This document shows, piece by piece, positions 8,971-19,066 of a stretch of DNA of 64,000 bases (positions are counted from its first letter, which is position 1; each line of letters opens with the position of its first letter). Location: positions 23,769 through 87,768 of IMG/VR virus record IMGVR_UViG_2643221868_000001. One strand, written 5' to 3'. Both the position numbers and the translations under genes were made by a program. The notes under the pieces were generated by a model, which saw only the letters and a list, made by a program, of their open reading frames with translations, was not told the DNA's origin and made no database searches. The stretch is from an uncultured virus (IMG/VR IMGVR_UViG_2643221868_000001). Lineage: Duplodnaviria; Heunggongvirae; Uroviricota; Caudoviricetes.

Positions 8971-9717
8971 ATGAACCAAGAAATTTCAAAGCTTCCAGCA
9001 TCCGACAGCCGACCTGTGTTGGGTGCTAACGCAAATGATCGGTGGGCCGCTTTAGCGCGGGCAGGTGTTGGTCTTGTGCCAATAGTGGGATCTGCGCTCG
9101 TCGAAGTAGTCGCGGAGATTGTGCCTAATCAGAGAGTGGACCGTATCGAAGCTTATCTTCGAGCGCTTGAGGAGCGTATTGATCGTCTAAGCAGCGATGA
9201 GACGGCGGAAAATATTGCGAGCGAAATGAAGCGACCAGAAAAAGTCGCCCTAATTGAAGAGGGGGCGTCTGTTTCTGCACGACTCATTAGTAGTGATCGC
9301 CGCGGGCATATTGCACAAATTGTAGCGTATGGGCTGACCCAAGAGGTGTCAGGCACTTTGACGACCCAACGCTTCATTTTTTTATACGGCGAATTGGATG
9401 ATGGAGATATTGCGCTTCTTATTTCTTGGGCCGAACCCATGGGAGCCGTTTGGCGTCTACATCCGCAAAGGGCAGATTTCCCTAATTCGGATGAGTATCA
9501 TGTGGCCGAGGGGCTTCATGATGCATCCGTAATGAAACTTGAACGGCTTGGCCTGCTGCAATTTTTACCCAGAACTGGAGGTAATTCACATGCTCCAATC
9601 AATAATAGGTTTTCGGGCAGACCGGAGGGGTCTCACATTTTGTCACCGCTAGGAAGGGCGTTACTAAACCGACTTGAATTGAGCGATCTTCCCGGTGAAA
9701 GCGTCGGTAATGAATGA
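8971..9717 (+). CDS. Low-GC cargo protein, possibly Abi-alpha-like
   Basis: Opposite strand to the core genes, lower GC; GLVPIVGSALVE N-terminus and winged-helix-like C-terminus (KLERLGLL...LSPLGRALL). Confidence 0.6.
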   Translation: MNQEISKLPASDSRPVLGANANDRWAALARAGVGLVPIVGSALVEVVAEIVPNQRVDRIEAYLRALEERIDRLSSDETAENIASEMKRPEKVALIEEGASVSARLISSDRRGHIAQIVAYGLTQEVSGTLTTQRFIFLYGELDDGDIALLISWAEPMGAVWRLHPQRADFPNSDEYHVAEGLHDASVMKLERLGLLQFLPRTGGNSHAPINNRFSGRPEGSHILSPLGRALLNRLELSDLPGESVGNE

Positions 9718-9838
9718 AATCTTAGCTTTTGATTCTTGAATGCCGTGTTGCAGCGGGATCTTGACTTCTGACCAACGCTCCCTCATATTGCGGACATGGC
9801 CGAGGGGTTGTCCCCGGCCGGATTGAGGGACTACCCCA

Positions 9839-10075
9839 ATGGCCAGCACTTCCGCCCCTAACAGCCTCGACATCGCCGAGCAGGTCGCCCGCGTTCTCCG
9901 CTCGAACGCCGAGACCCAGAAGTTCATCGACGAGCAGGCGAAGCTCCGCGCCGAGGCCGAGAAGCTGGCCCGCGACCGCGCTCTTGCTCCCTGGCAGATC
10001 GTCCTTTCCAGCATGGCCGCTGGTGCCGCCCTGTTTGGTGCGGGCGCCGCCTTCATCAAGGTTTTCGGGGCTTGA
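9839..10075 (+). CDS. Small coiled-coil protein with C-terminal hydrophobic segment
   Basis: Good RBS; TTGACT-17-CATATT promoter-like element at 9761; coupled to the next ORF. Confidence 0.65.
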   Translation: MASTSAPNSLDIAEQVARVLRSNAETQKFIDEQAKLRAEAEKLARDRALAPWQIVLSSMAAGAALFGAGAAFIKVFGA

Positions 10076-10284
10076 CCCCGGATCGCCTCCGCGACGTCCT
10101 GGCCCTGCTGCGCTGGTCGCAGCGGGGTCTTTCCGATGCGTTGGGCTGCGATGACCGCCTCGTGAGGCGCTGGGCTTCTGGCGATGCCTCCGTGCCGCCT
10201 GACGTTGCTTCGTGGCTGGAAGCGCTTGCGTCCGCGCATGAGAGGCACCCTGCCCCCGGTGGGTGGCGTCGGCGGGTCGCCTGA
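10072..10284 (+). CDS. Small XRE-type HTH protein
   Basis: WSQRGLSDALGCDDRLVRRWASG helix-turn-helix pattern. Confidence 0.7.
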   Translation: MTPDRLRDVLALLRWSQRGLSDALGCDDRLVRRWASGDASVPPDVASWLEALASAHERHPAPGGWRRRVA

Positions 10285-10954
10285 GACGATGGCAGCCATG
10301 GACCTGAGCGAGTTCTGCATTGGCGGCGAGTTCATGTGCGGCGACAAGCGGTAGCGTTGCACGGACATCGGCACGCGAGTCGTCGTTGCCATCTGAGTCG
10401 ATGAGACCACAATCGCCAGGAAGTCGGGCGACGGACTTGTGACGACGCTCGTCGTTCCCGGTGCGGAAGCTGAGGCGATGGGTTGGTTCAATAGCCCCCC
10501 CCTATGGCGTGGCCGAGACCACCTTTGATGAGGACGGCCGCGAAACCTGTGAGTTGGTCTAATTTTACGTCTGCCCCGTCTTTCTTGAAATCAAACGATT
10601 GTTGCTTCGTTAACTCGCTAGCCTCTGAATCGACCGTATCAAACGCCTTCGCCATCTGAGCAATGCGTATCGACACCCTATACGCCGACAAATGTTGCGC
10701 GTGGACTTGACCCTTGTGGGTTTGCTCAGCAAGGGCCTCAAACGGTCGAGGATACGGTCCAGTCAATATTACCCTTGCTAAACTCTGAACTCGAACACCC
10801 GTATCCGACTTCTCCATGAATTAGCGTATGGTGCCAATTGCTTCAGAAATTTGAAAAGAACCTCGATATATGAGGAAGTTGAACTCGCGGGCCTCGACCA
10901 TAACACGAGCAGGCACTAAACTCTTTGAAGGCACGTATGCAGCTAGGGAATGTC

Positions 10955-12838
10955 ATGCGTTATAAAAGTTTTCGAATTGTCAATTTCAAAGGTATCAAGG
11001 ACACAACAATTGATCTAGATGCCGGGCACGCTGCCGTTTTTCCATTCGTTGGGCTAAATGAGAGTGGGAAGACAACTATTTTAGAGGCTATACATAGTTT
11101 CTCGCCTGACCCAGCCACGAGCGAGTTAGTGGGCGGGGACGAAACTTCGGGAGTTCCTTATAAATTTCGCGTTCCCAGGCATCTAATATCAAGTTTTACG
11201 GGTAGAGTTTCAGTGATAGCGACAGTATCGGTTTCGAAGACAAACGCGCATGCTATTGAATTATTTTTGAGCAGAAGCGGAATAATAATTGATAGATCAA
11301 AGGTACCGAATGAGGTTGTCTTTGAAAGGCACCAGGATTTTGTAAACGGTGATTTTCAGAAAAGCAGCTTTGCGTTGAAGTTGTCTATGCAAGTAAAAAC
11401 GGGAAAGCAGAAGAAATGGAGAGCACCAACTGCCGCTGAAATAGATTATATTCGAGACGCATTCTACGCTTTTACTCCCGATATAGCTTATTTTCCAACT
11501 TTTGTTTTCGATTTTCCGAAAACTATCTATCTCACTAATAAGGGTAATAAGGTTGATAAATTTTACCGTCGAGTTTTTCAAGACATTTTAGATTATGATG
11601 GGCAAGGACATAAGATCACAGACAATATCGTTCGTCGAATTCGCGAGCCAGATATGGTCGTCCCATGGACTTCGTTTTTAGGAATATTTGGTAGACACGA
11701 TGCAAGGGAAAAAATCCAACACGTTATAGACCGTGCCGGCGCCGTTGTTACTAAAGTTGTCTTTGGTCGGTGGAATGAAATATTCGGAGAAAGCGCCCAG
11801 GGAAAAGAAGTCACTATCTCCTTTGACACAGAAGAGGGGACGATAACAGAGACCTCTGGCACAATTAAAAAAACCAATGAGCACGATATATTCATAAAGT
11901 TTCAAATTAAAGACGGAACTAGGCGGTTTGCCGTTAATGATCGGTCCCTTGGGTTTCGATGGTTCTTTGCATTTATGCTGTTTACACAGTTCCGCGTCGC
12001 GAGGAATGAATCTCAGAATATGCTGTTCTTGTTTGACGAGCCGGCGTCGAATCTTCACGCGGCCGCTCAGCAGAAGCTAATCGATAGCTTTCCTGAGATT
12101 GTGAAGGGAGAACATACACTGATTTACACGACCCACAGCCATTATATGATTGAGCCAAAATGGTTGGAGCAGACATTTATCGTTACAAACAGATCAGATA
12201 CTCCCCTTAAATCAGTCTTAGAGGCGATATCACTGGATGATGAATCGCTTGATATTAAAGCTAATCGTTATAGGGCGTTTATTGACCTCCACCCTAACAA
12301 AACTAGCTATTTTCAGCCAATACTAGATAGACTGGAAGTGATACCGTCACGGTTCGATATAAAAAAGAGCTCTATCGTTTTAGAGGGTAAATCGGATTAC
12401 TATGTTCTGCGATACGCAAAAGAGCTATTAAAGAAACGAGAGTTGCCCTTATTGCCGGGATTAGGGGCTGGCACATTTGGCGCCCTTGTTGCGCTCCACG
12501 TAGGGTGGAATTTAAAGTTTTTGTTTGTGCTTGACGGGGATAAGCAGGGTAAAAATGAAAAGAAACGATACGAAACAGAGTTTGGGGTGCCGCCTGATAG
12601 AGTCATTACGATAACTGACATTGTCCCAAGCGTAAGTGTCATTGAAGATTTATTTGATGTTGACGCGCTAGATATAATAAAAAATACATTAAATATAAAT
12701 GAAAGGCCAAAGAAGGGCCAAATTCTTAGATTTTGTCAGGAAAGTTTAGCGAGTGATAATGTTATCCCGTTGGGTGAAGAATTCAATAAATTAGCAAGCA
12801 TTGTTTTAGAAGATTTGGAAAAGAGGCTGGCCGTGTAA
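10955..12838 (+). CDS. OLD-family-like ATP-dependent nuclease (ABC ATPase + TOPRIM), candidate anti-phage protein
   Basis: NFKGIKD, Walker A GLNESGKTT, Walker B LFLFDEP, H-loop YTTHSH, TOPRIM VLEGKSD and VLDGDK; strongly AT-rich. Confidence 0.85.
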   Translation: MRYKSFRIVNFKGIKDTTIDLDAGHAAVFPFVGLNESGKTTILEAIHSFSPDPATSELVGGDETSGVPYKFRVPRHLISSFTGRVSVIATVSVSKTNAHAIELFLSRSGIIIDRSKVPNEVVFERHQDFVNGDFQKSSFALKLSMQVKTGKQKKWRAPTAAEIDYIRDAFYAFTPDIAYFPTFVFDFPKTIYLTNKGNKVDKFYRRVFQDILDYDGQGHKITDNIVRRIREPDMVVPWTSFLGIFGRHDAREKIQHVIDRAGAVVTKVVFGRWNEIFGESAQGKEVTISFDTEEGTITETSGTIKKTNEHDIFIKFQIKDGTRRFAVNDRSLGFRWFFAFMLFTQFRVARNESQNMLFLFDEPASNLHAAAQQKLIDSFPEIVKGEHTLIYTTHSHYMIEPKWLEQTFIVTNRSDTPLKSVLEAISLDDESLDIKANRYRAFIDLHPNKTSYFQPILDRLEVIPSRFDIKKSSIVLEGKSDYYVLRYAKELLKKRELPLLPGLGAGTFGALVALHVGWNLKFLFVLDGDKQGKNEKKRYETEFGVPPDRVITITDIVPSVSVIEDLFDVDALDIIKNTLNINERPKKGQILRFCQESLASDNVIPLGEEFNKLASIVLEDLEKRLAV

Positions 12839-13151
12839 GTCGAGAGGGTTTCGTTCTCGTCAGTAGGCATCGCCGCTCTAAAGCGGCCCCTGCCCTTGCC
12901 GCCCCATACTGCCGGAGTGCGTTATCGCCGGCTGCGGTCGGGTTGCGGGGGCGAGGCTCTGTAGAAGCCGGCGCTGCGTCGCGCCACGGTGCCACTGGTG
13001 CGGGTTTCGGTGTCGCCAAGAGGACGAAGCGGCTGACGTGCGCTCATGGTTTGGGAATCGCAGGCGTCGGAAGTGATCTCGTTGTTCGTCTCGAATGTGC
13101 CCTGCCCTCAGTCGCAGGCCGATGTTGGAAGTTGGAGAATCCTGCTTGGCA

Positions 13152-13382
13152 TTACGCGGGGCGCTGGCGCCGTCCGCGTGATTTCTGCGCCTCCGGCTCC
13201 GGTTCCGCCGGGGCGGGCTCCGGCGCCGCCTCTGGCGCGGCCTCCTCGAAGGTCACGAGGCCATTGCCCCGCAACTCCACGGCCCGCGAGCGGGAAACTT
13301 GATAGGGCTGGTCGGTCGCCTGCTTCAGGTCCGGACCCTCGAGATAGGTCCGGACCGGCTGGACGATCACGTCATCGGCCAT
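13152..13382 (-). CDS. Element B MCP-companion small protein
   Basis: Directly after the satellite MCP; near-identical to 31480-31710 and similar to helper 6568-6846. Confidence 0.8.
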   Translation of the reverse strand: MADDVIVQPVRTYLEGPDLKQATDQPYQVSRSRAVELRGNGLVTFEEAAPEAAPEPAPAEPEPEAQKSRGRRQRPA

Positions 13383-13393
13383 GGTCGCCTCCC

Positions 13394-14665
13394 CTATGCC
13401 AGCGTGGCGGAGAGGCTACCGGTCACGAACGACGCCGGACGCTTCACAGTGAAGGCCAGGCGCTCCTCGGCACGTAGGGTGATGAGGTTGCGGCGGAAGT
13501 TGTCGCCGTCTTCCGACGAGGCCAGTACCTCGATTCCCATCCGGTCGAAGATCTGTGCCTGCGTCTTGAACGGACCGACGAGGAAGGTGCCCTTCGGCAT
13601 CCGGTTCGTAGTCGCCACCGGCGTCTGCCAGATGCGCTGAAGGACGGACGCCTCGAACGGCGAGTTGCCGATGTAGCGGCCCTGCGTGTCCTTCATGGCC
13701 TGGAGCATCCGCCAATCGACGGCGTTCAGGACCATGCCGTCCACCTTCCAGTTCAGCGCCTCCACCTGAGCGATGGCCTGGATGAGCACGTCGAGGGGCG
13801 AGCCCGTCGCGTTCGTCCACTGCTTCACGAAGGCGCTGGCCTGCGGGACGATGCCGAGCAGGTTCTGGCCGGTGCCGTCGCCGAACAGAAGCTGCGCGTC
13901 CTCGACGTCGGCGAGGCCGTTGCGCGCCTCGGCGTCGATGGTGGCGGCGAGCGCCGGGGCGTCGTCGATGATCTGCCGGCTGGCGAGGAAGTAGTGCGCC
14001 AAGGTGCGAACCGGCGCCGTCACCTCCTCGAAGGCAAGGTCCGATTGCGGCTTCAGCGCGCCTTCCGCCACCATGGCGGCCCCGATGGTGCGGCTGGTCA
14101 TCCGGGGGTAGGAGACCGCATTGGAGATGGTCGTCCCCTGCGCGACGAGATCGCGGACCGTGAGAGCATTCCAGGGCAGAAGAGCCGGATCGCTGACACG
14201 CTGGTCGCGGCCGACGAGAGAACCGCCGGAAGCCGTCACGCTGGTGATGTTCTTGTGCTCGTCCTCGGTCGAGGCGACTTCGGCACGAAAGCGCAGGCCC
14301 TGCCGGTCGCGGGAGCCATCGAACGACTTGTATTCCGGGGCCTCAACGAACCGCTGCCCCCAGGATTTCGGGCCGGCGAGAGACCCGCCACCGCCCCGCC
14401 GAGCCGCCTTCTGCTCTGCATCGGCCAGCCGGGCGTCCATGTCGCCGAGCTTCGACTTCACCTCGCCCATTGCGGCCTCGGCCTTGCCCAGGCGCTCGTC
14501 GGTCCTGGTGAAGAGGCCCTTGGTCTCGGTGTGGTTGGCGTCGAGGCGCTGCATCACAGCCGAACCCAGGTTCTCCGGGTTGTCGAAGGCGATGCGGAAG
14601 CGGCCGATGGTGTTGGCGGCGAGGAAGGCGGCGGAACCGCCGGCCAGGGTGTTGTGACGGTTCAT
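13394..14665 (-). CDS. Element B major capsid protein (HK97 fold, 423 aa)
   Basis: AAMVAEGALKPQS, QLLFGDGTGQNLLGI and NLITLRAEERLAFTVKRPASFV motifs; coiled-coil delta domain. Confidence 0.95.
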   Translation of the reverse strand: MNRHNTLAGGSAAFLAANTIGRFRIAFDNPENLGSAVMQRLDANHTETKGLFTRTDERLGKAEAAMGEVKSKLGDMDARLADAEQKAARRGGGGSLAGPKSWGQRFVEAPEYKSFDGSRDRQGLRFRAEVASTEDEHKNITSVTASGGSLVGRDQRVSDPALLPWNALTVRDLVAQGTTISNAVSYPRMTSRTIGAAMVAEGALKPQSDLAFEEVTAPVRTLAHYFLASRQIIDDAPALAATIDAEARNGLADVEDAQLLFGDGTGQNLLGIVPQASAFVKQWTNATGSPLDVLIQAIAQVEALNWKVDGMVLNAVDWRMLQAMKDTQGRYIGNSPFEASVLQRIWQTPVATTNRMPKGTFLVGPFKTQAQIFDRMGIEVLASSEDGDNFRRNLITLRAEERLAFTVKRPASFVTGSLSATLA

Positions 14666-15357
14666 CGGTTCAAGCCTTTCAGGTCGAGGAGATTGCGGTC
14701 GAGCGCCTTCACGAGGTCGCGCAACATTGGATCGTTGGAGGGTTGGGGTTCGTCGGAGAGTGCGGCCCAGCCGCCGGCCACGATCTGCCGGGCTGCGGCC
14801 TTGGACAGACCGCTCTTTCGAAGCAGGGTTTCGAGTTCGCCGCGCGCCGCGAGCTTCACGGAGCCGACGCGAGCGAGGGAGTTGGACGGCTCGTCCACGA
14901 TAGAGACTTCGTGGAGGTTGATTGCCTTGAGGAGGCGCCTGGGTTCGCCGACGCGCTTGCCGTTAACAGCGCCGCCGGCCGGGACACGGTAGCCGATGGA
15001 GAGGCCAGAGATGGCCCCATCCTTCACCCGCTCGTAGTAGTGCCGCCCCCGGTCGGTGTTCATGCCGGATATGCGGCCCCGGACATGCAGGCCCTTGCTG
15101 TCCTCTGACATGGCCTTCCACACGCCAATCGCGGGCTCGCCACCGTACTCCGGCAGACCGTGATTGAAGTGCATCGGGACGGCAGGCAGGCCGCTCTGGA
15201 CGCGACGGTCGAGACTGGCCTTGAAGGCGCCGGGCGCGATTGTGTCGCCATGGCTATCGATATTGCCGAAGAACGCGCCGTAGCCTTCGAACTCACCGGC
15301 ATCGGTGTTGCCAGCGAGCTTTATTTCGAGCGGGGCTGAGAGGGTTTCGAGGTCCAT
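14662..15357 (-). CDS. Element B HK97-type prohead protease
   Basis: FEGYGAFFGNIDSHGD, MHFNH, GLSIGY and LHEVSIVDEPSN motifs. Confidence 0.93.
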   Translation of the reverse strand: MDLETLSAPLEIKLAGNTDAGEFEGYGAFFGNIDSHGDTIAPGAFKASLDRRVQSGLPAVPMHFNHGLPEYGGEPAIGVWKAMSEDSKGLHVRGRISGMNTDRGRHYYERVKDGAISGLSIGYRVPAGGAVNGKRVGEPRRLLKAINLHEVSIVDEPSNSLARVGSVKLAARGELETLLRKSGLSKAAARQIVAGGWAALSDEPQPSNDPMLRDLVKALDRNLLDLKGLNR

Positions 15358-15554
15358 CGATCACCTTCGTGGATCAAAGCGACGGACACGACAGACAGAC
15401 CGCTCGAAGCGGTGTCGGTAGGTGTCCAGTTCAGCCTTGCCGCCTAGCGTCCGCCAGTGCGCCGAAGGTGTCTCGTCGAAGATGCCCCGTGCCACACGGT
15501 GACAGCCGAACCGATCGATAACGCCTAAAGCTTTACGGCAAGCGATAGGTTCCG

Positions 15555-15839
15555 TCAATGGCTGAGATGGCTGCCGATAGCCTTCCGGTCGCGGGCCGCG
15601 GCCTGTAGCTCGGGTGAGATGTTCGCCAAAGCTGTGCCGGCCGAGATGATCCGAACGGCGCTCTTAGCGACACCTTCAACGTCGATCAGCAGAGCGCAGG
15701 CGACAACGAGCCCCATCTCAGCCACGTCGGCAGGCTTGGCGCCGGCCTCGATCAGCTCGCGGAGCTTGTCGCGGATGGCTTCCTGCAACGGCTCGGAGCG
15801 GAGGTCTTCGTGGAGCGAGGCGTAAGGGTGATCGGACAT
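15555..15839 (-). CDS. Conserved satellite hypothetical protein (94 aa)
   Basis: Homologous to 33217-33498 (YASLHEDLRSEP vs YASLNEDLTAEP) at the same position in the element. Confidence 0.75.
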   Translation of the reverse strand: MSDHPYASLHEDLRSEPLQEAIRDKLRELIEAGAKPADVAEMGLVVACALLIDVEGVAKSAVRIISAGTALANISPELQAAARDRKAIGSHLSH

Positions 15840-16012
15840 GGTGTCTCCAGGGGTGGGGGTGAGTGAAAAGGTTCGGCCGATAGGGCGTGGACCGCATGGG
15901 AAGCGGCGTTCGCACTCGACAGAATTTTAGGAAGGGGGGTTTCGGCCGGATCGGGCTAAAGCCGATGGAGCGGCGAACGAAAAGCGGTTTAAACGGTGTA
16001 TCAGTTCGTGCG

Positions 16013-16441
16013 TTATTTGCCGCCGAGAATGCCCGTTGGGGTACGTGGCACTTGGAACGGGGATCGCGGCCGATCCGGCTCGAGAAGGCTGTCCCAGGCA
16101 TCGGTCCCGAGCTTTTCAGCCGCAAGCCGAGCCGCCTCTTTCTTCCCAGGACGCGGGATTGGCGGCGCTATCAGGCGTAGGTCGCGGGCCAGCCGCCGAC
16201 TGGTCGAGGTCGCCGCCTCAATCGCCCTCGTGAGCCTTAGGTATTCGTCGGTTGGCAGGCCGGGCGTCACTCGATCCCGCAGTTCGGCTAGTCGGAGCCG
16301 GGCCGCGACATAGTCCGCCACCATATCGAGTTCGGCGTCTGAAATGGGCTTCCCGAGGGCCGAACGGGCTGCAATCACCCTGCGAAACTCGCGCTTTTCG
16401 GCACGGCGCATCCATGATGGCGGGGTCGGTTCAATCATCAA
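16013..16441 (-). CDS. Small terminase-like protein (P27-family pattern)
   Basis: PTPPSWM...AEKREFRR...D.VADYV...RRLARDLRL pattern; directly downstream of the cos-like site. Confidence 0.55.
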   Translation of the reverse strand: MMIEPTPPSWMRRAEKREFRRVIAARSALGKPISDAELDMVADYVAARLRLAELRDRVTPGLPTDEYLRLTRAIEAATSTSRRLARDLRLIAPPIPRPGKKEAARLAAEKLGTDAWDSLLEPDRPRSPFQVPRTPTGILGGK

Positions 16442-16526
16442 TCGCCCTGCGGAAATCGAAAAAACGGCGAGGGGATCGGCGGGACGTCCGGCAGGGTCCG
16501 CACGCGAAAACCATTCCCAGCAAAAA

Positions 16527-16595
16527 AATCTGCGCGTGCGATCCTGTGCGATGCGTGGCCCTTAGGGCCTCTGAGTTTTGCTTCCCCCCCCGCCC
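16527..16595. other. Putative cos/packaging region of element B
   Basis: 16527-16550 matches helper 44274-44297 at 20/24; followed by GGCCCTTAG and a C-run as in the helper. Confidence 0.7.
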
Positions 16596-16719
16596 AGTGC
16601 CAGATCATGGCTCGATGTAGGTAGACGCCTCAATTTCTTGGGTTGTCGATGAGCAAATTGCCATGCCAAGGTGTGCCAGCCAAGTTCGGGCACCTCCAGC
16701 CTAACGCATGCGGTGACAA

Positions 16720-17460
16720 ATGTTCAAGCAGGATCTGGTCGTAAGACCTATCAGAGATTTTGTTTTCCCAATTGGGGTGGTGATAAATAACCGTTTCTTA
16801 CTGAGAGGAACCGCCTTTTTTATTGGTGATAAAGGTTTTGCAATTACCGCTTCACACGTCATTGATCAGCTTCACTTCGATGACGATAAAAACCGGTATG
16901 TTGGTAGCGATATCGTTGGTCTATTTATTAATGAGGCCGCAAAGTGGGAGGCTGTTGGAATAATAGGCGCAGAAAAACACCCAGACGAAGACGTTGCCAT
17001 CATAAAAATGGATGGAGCATTTCAGAGCATTTTTCAAGTAACGCCTTCACAGGAAAATTCCTCATGTGAATATGACCTCTGGGGGTATCCTGAACGAGTC
17101 GCGCACGAAATACGCGCTCTCGCAACGAATGCCGAAGAAGCCAAGCATATGATTTCGCCCGATCTCATATATAGTCGAGGTTATATTCGTAGGCGGATCT
17201 CTCGTTCTCTGGGGTCATCAATATACATTGGTCGTTTTTTCTATGAGCTGAGTGCTGTTGCTGGGGCATGCTGCTCGGGATCGCCGATTATTGCTCGCCC
17301 GCTTGTTGCAAATGCCCCTTATCGAGTAATAGGTGTATATATTGGAGAAGAGACAGCTGGTCAGCCTGCGGTAGGGTATGCGACGCGCTTCGATGACATT
17401 AAAAGTTGGATGCCCCAGCTAACCGGACAGCTTTTGCATCACCTGCCTGCCATCGGCTAA
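16720..17460 (+). CDS. Trypsin-like serine protease (cargo)
   Basis: Catalytic triad motifs AITASHV, DVAII and GACCSGSPI; low GC; inverted relative to core genes. Confidence 0.8.
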   Translation: MFKQDLVVRPIRDFVFPIGVVINNRFLLRGTAFFIGDKGFAITASHVIDQLHFDDDKNRYVGSDIVGLFINEAAKWEAVGIIGAEKHPDEDVAIIKMDGAFQSIFQVTPSQENSSCEYDLWGYPERVAHEIRALATNAEEAKHMISPDLIYSRGYIRRRISRSLGSSIYIGRFFYELSAVAGACCSGSPIIARPLVANAPYRVIGVYIGEETAGQPAVGYATRFDDIKSWMPQLTGQLLHHLPAIG

Positions 17461-17483
17461 GGTGGAACTAGTGCGTTTCGGGC

Positions 17484-17798
17484 TCATCGCAGCCCATGCC
17501 TCTTTGCCCTCGCGTCCGCCGTCTTCTTCGTGTGGCATGAGCCGCATCGCAGCCGGACGTTGCTCTCGTCCAGGCCGGGACCGCCGTCGCTGATCTCCAC
17601 CACATGGTCGCAGTAGATCCGGGTTCCTGTGCGCCCGCAGTCCTCACACTTTCGGCCCCGGGTCCGGAGAAGCCGGTCACGAAGCTCTCGCCATTCCGGC
17701 GTGCTGTAGAACGGCTGTCCGGGCTCGGTGCCTCGACTTACCTTAATCCTCGTATCGATCATGCGGAGTTGCGGCTTCAGGGTGGTGAGGCGGGCCAT
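17484..17798 (-). CDS. HNH endonuclease (packaging-associated), element B
   Basis: CEDCG...YCDHVVEISDGG...N...CGSCHTKKT; resembles helper HNH 44401-44736. Confidence 0.92.
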   Translation of the reverse strand: MARLTTLKPQLRMIDTRIKVSRGTEPGQPFYSTPEWRELRDRLLRTRGRKCEDCGRTGTRIYCDHVVEISDGGPGLDESNVRLRCGSCHTKKTADARAKRHGLR

Positions 17799-17807
17799 GG
17801 TCTGTCC

Positions 17808-18086
17808 CTATCGCTTGGTCACGTCGATCTCGTCCTCAGGCGTGAACCATCCGAGGAAGGCGGCTTCCAACACGGTGTTGACGGTATCGCCGAGAGAGAT
17901 GGCCTTGGCGCGTGAGCCCGGCTCGGTGCTGTCGATCTCAGCTATCGTGTGCTCGCCATAGGGTCCGCCGACGACGCTGACGCTGAGGGTTCGCGGATGG
18001 TCCACGGTCTCCATCACCAAAACCTGCAACGCGCCTACGTCAGGCCAGCTATGGATGAGGCCGTGAGTGATCGGGTTATCGGGCAT
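17808..18086 (-). CDS. Conserved satellite hypothetical protein (92 aa)
   Basis: Homologous to 35678-35956 (THGLIH.W...ETV.HPRT...AEIDSTEPG.RAKA.SLGD). Confidence 0.8.
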   Translation of the reverse strand: MPDNPITHGLIHSWPDVGALQVLVMETVDHPRTLSVSVVGGPYGEHTIAEIDSTEPGSRAKAISLGDTVNTVLEAAFLGWFTPEDEIDVTKR

Positions 18087-18239
18087 CAGATCCCCCAACT
18101 TTTTAGTTTGGATTTCGTCTTCGGTGCGAAGGGATGAACCCATGCGGTTCTCGCCCTTACCCGGCCGAACTTTGAGGGGTGCCCCGTATCGTGCCTAAAG
18201 CTGGCCAGCCGAGCTTGGTCCCGGCTGGCCTTTGATTGG

Positions 18240-18485
18240 CTAGAAGTTCATCTGTGGGAAGATGGTTTTAAGCACCTTCTTTCCTTCGTCCGCACCCGGT
18301 GCCGAAGCGACCTGATTTGCGGTTGCCTGGATAATTGCCTCGGCCTCGGCTTGGGTTAGAACCTTTTTGTCGACAAGTGCCAAAAGGGTCCGGGCATTCA
18401 AAATCAAGGCTGCAACCGAGGCCGCACCGGGATCGACTAAATCGGGCAAGAGCGTTTCTCCATGTACCGCGCTGGGTCGAGCCAA
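18240..18485 (-). CDS. Small hypothetical protein
   Basis: ORF with plausible composition; start uncertain; followed by an inverted repeat at ~18202-18230. Confidence 0.45.
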   Translation of the reverse strand: MARPSAVHGETLLPDLVDPGAASVAALILNARTLLALVDKKVLTQAEAEAIIQATANQVASAPGADEGKKVLKTIFPQMNF

Positions 18486-18519
18486 AGCGCCTTAACCTCA
18501 TACCGCAAGTGGTATCTAT

Positions 18520-19035
18520 CTCCACCTCAAACTGGTGGGTGGAGATAGGTGGGGGTAAGTGGAAGCTACCGACCCTCCACCACCCCTTATAGGGGGGTGG
18601 AGGGTGGTGATGGGGGTGACTGGCGAGGTGGAAGTGGAGAATCTCACTCTCCAGGTTGCGCCTCGCGGTGCGCCGCCTTGTGATGCTTCGGACAGAGCCA
18701 TTCGATCCGAAGAGGGTCGGCATAGTCGGGGTGATGCGCCTCGGCCGGCTCGGATCGGCAAACCGCGCAAGGCTCCGGTCTCAAGGCGCCCTGCTTCTTC
18801 GCCTTCTCGACAGCTCGATGCGCGCGGCGCTTCTGAGGGTTGGCCTTGATCCACTTCTGCGAGCGGGCATAGGCGCGCGCCCTCGCGGCCGGGCTCATGC
18901 CCTTCCGTGGTCGTTCCATCGGCGATGTCCGTGATGGTTTCCACACTTCCACAGGTGAGGTGTGGAACGGTGTGGAAGTGTGGAAACTCCAGTCCACACC
19001 ACCACCCCTTTAGGGGTGTGGGGTGGGGTGTGGAC
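18520..19035. repeat. Two GTGG/CCAC-rich iteron clusters with central palindromes; putative origin of element B
   Basis: CCACCCCCTTATAGGGGGGTGG near 18580-18600 and CACCCCTTTAGGGGTG near 19003-19018, each flanked by GTGGA/TCCAC repeats, just downstream of the primase-helicase gene. Confidence 0.6.
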
Positions 19036-19066
19036 GCGCTAGGGGCCGAACCTCGGGTATGGAAGC

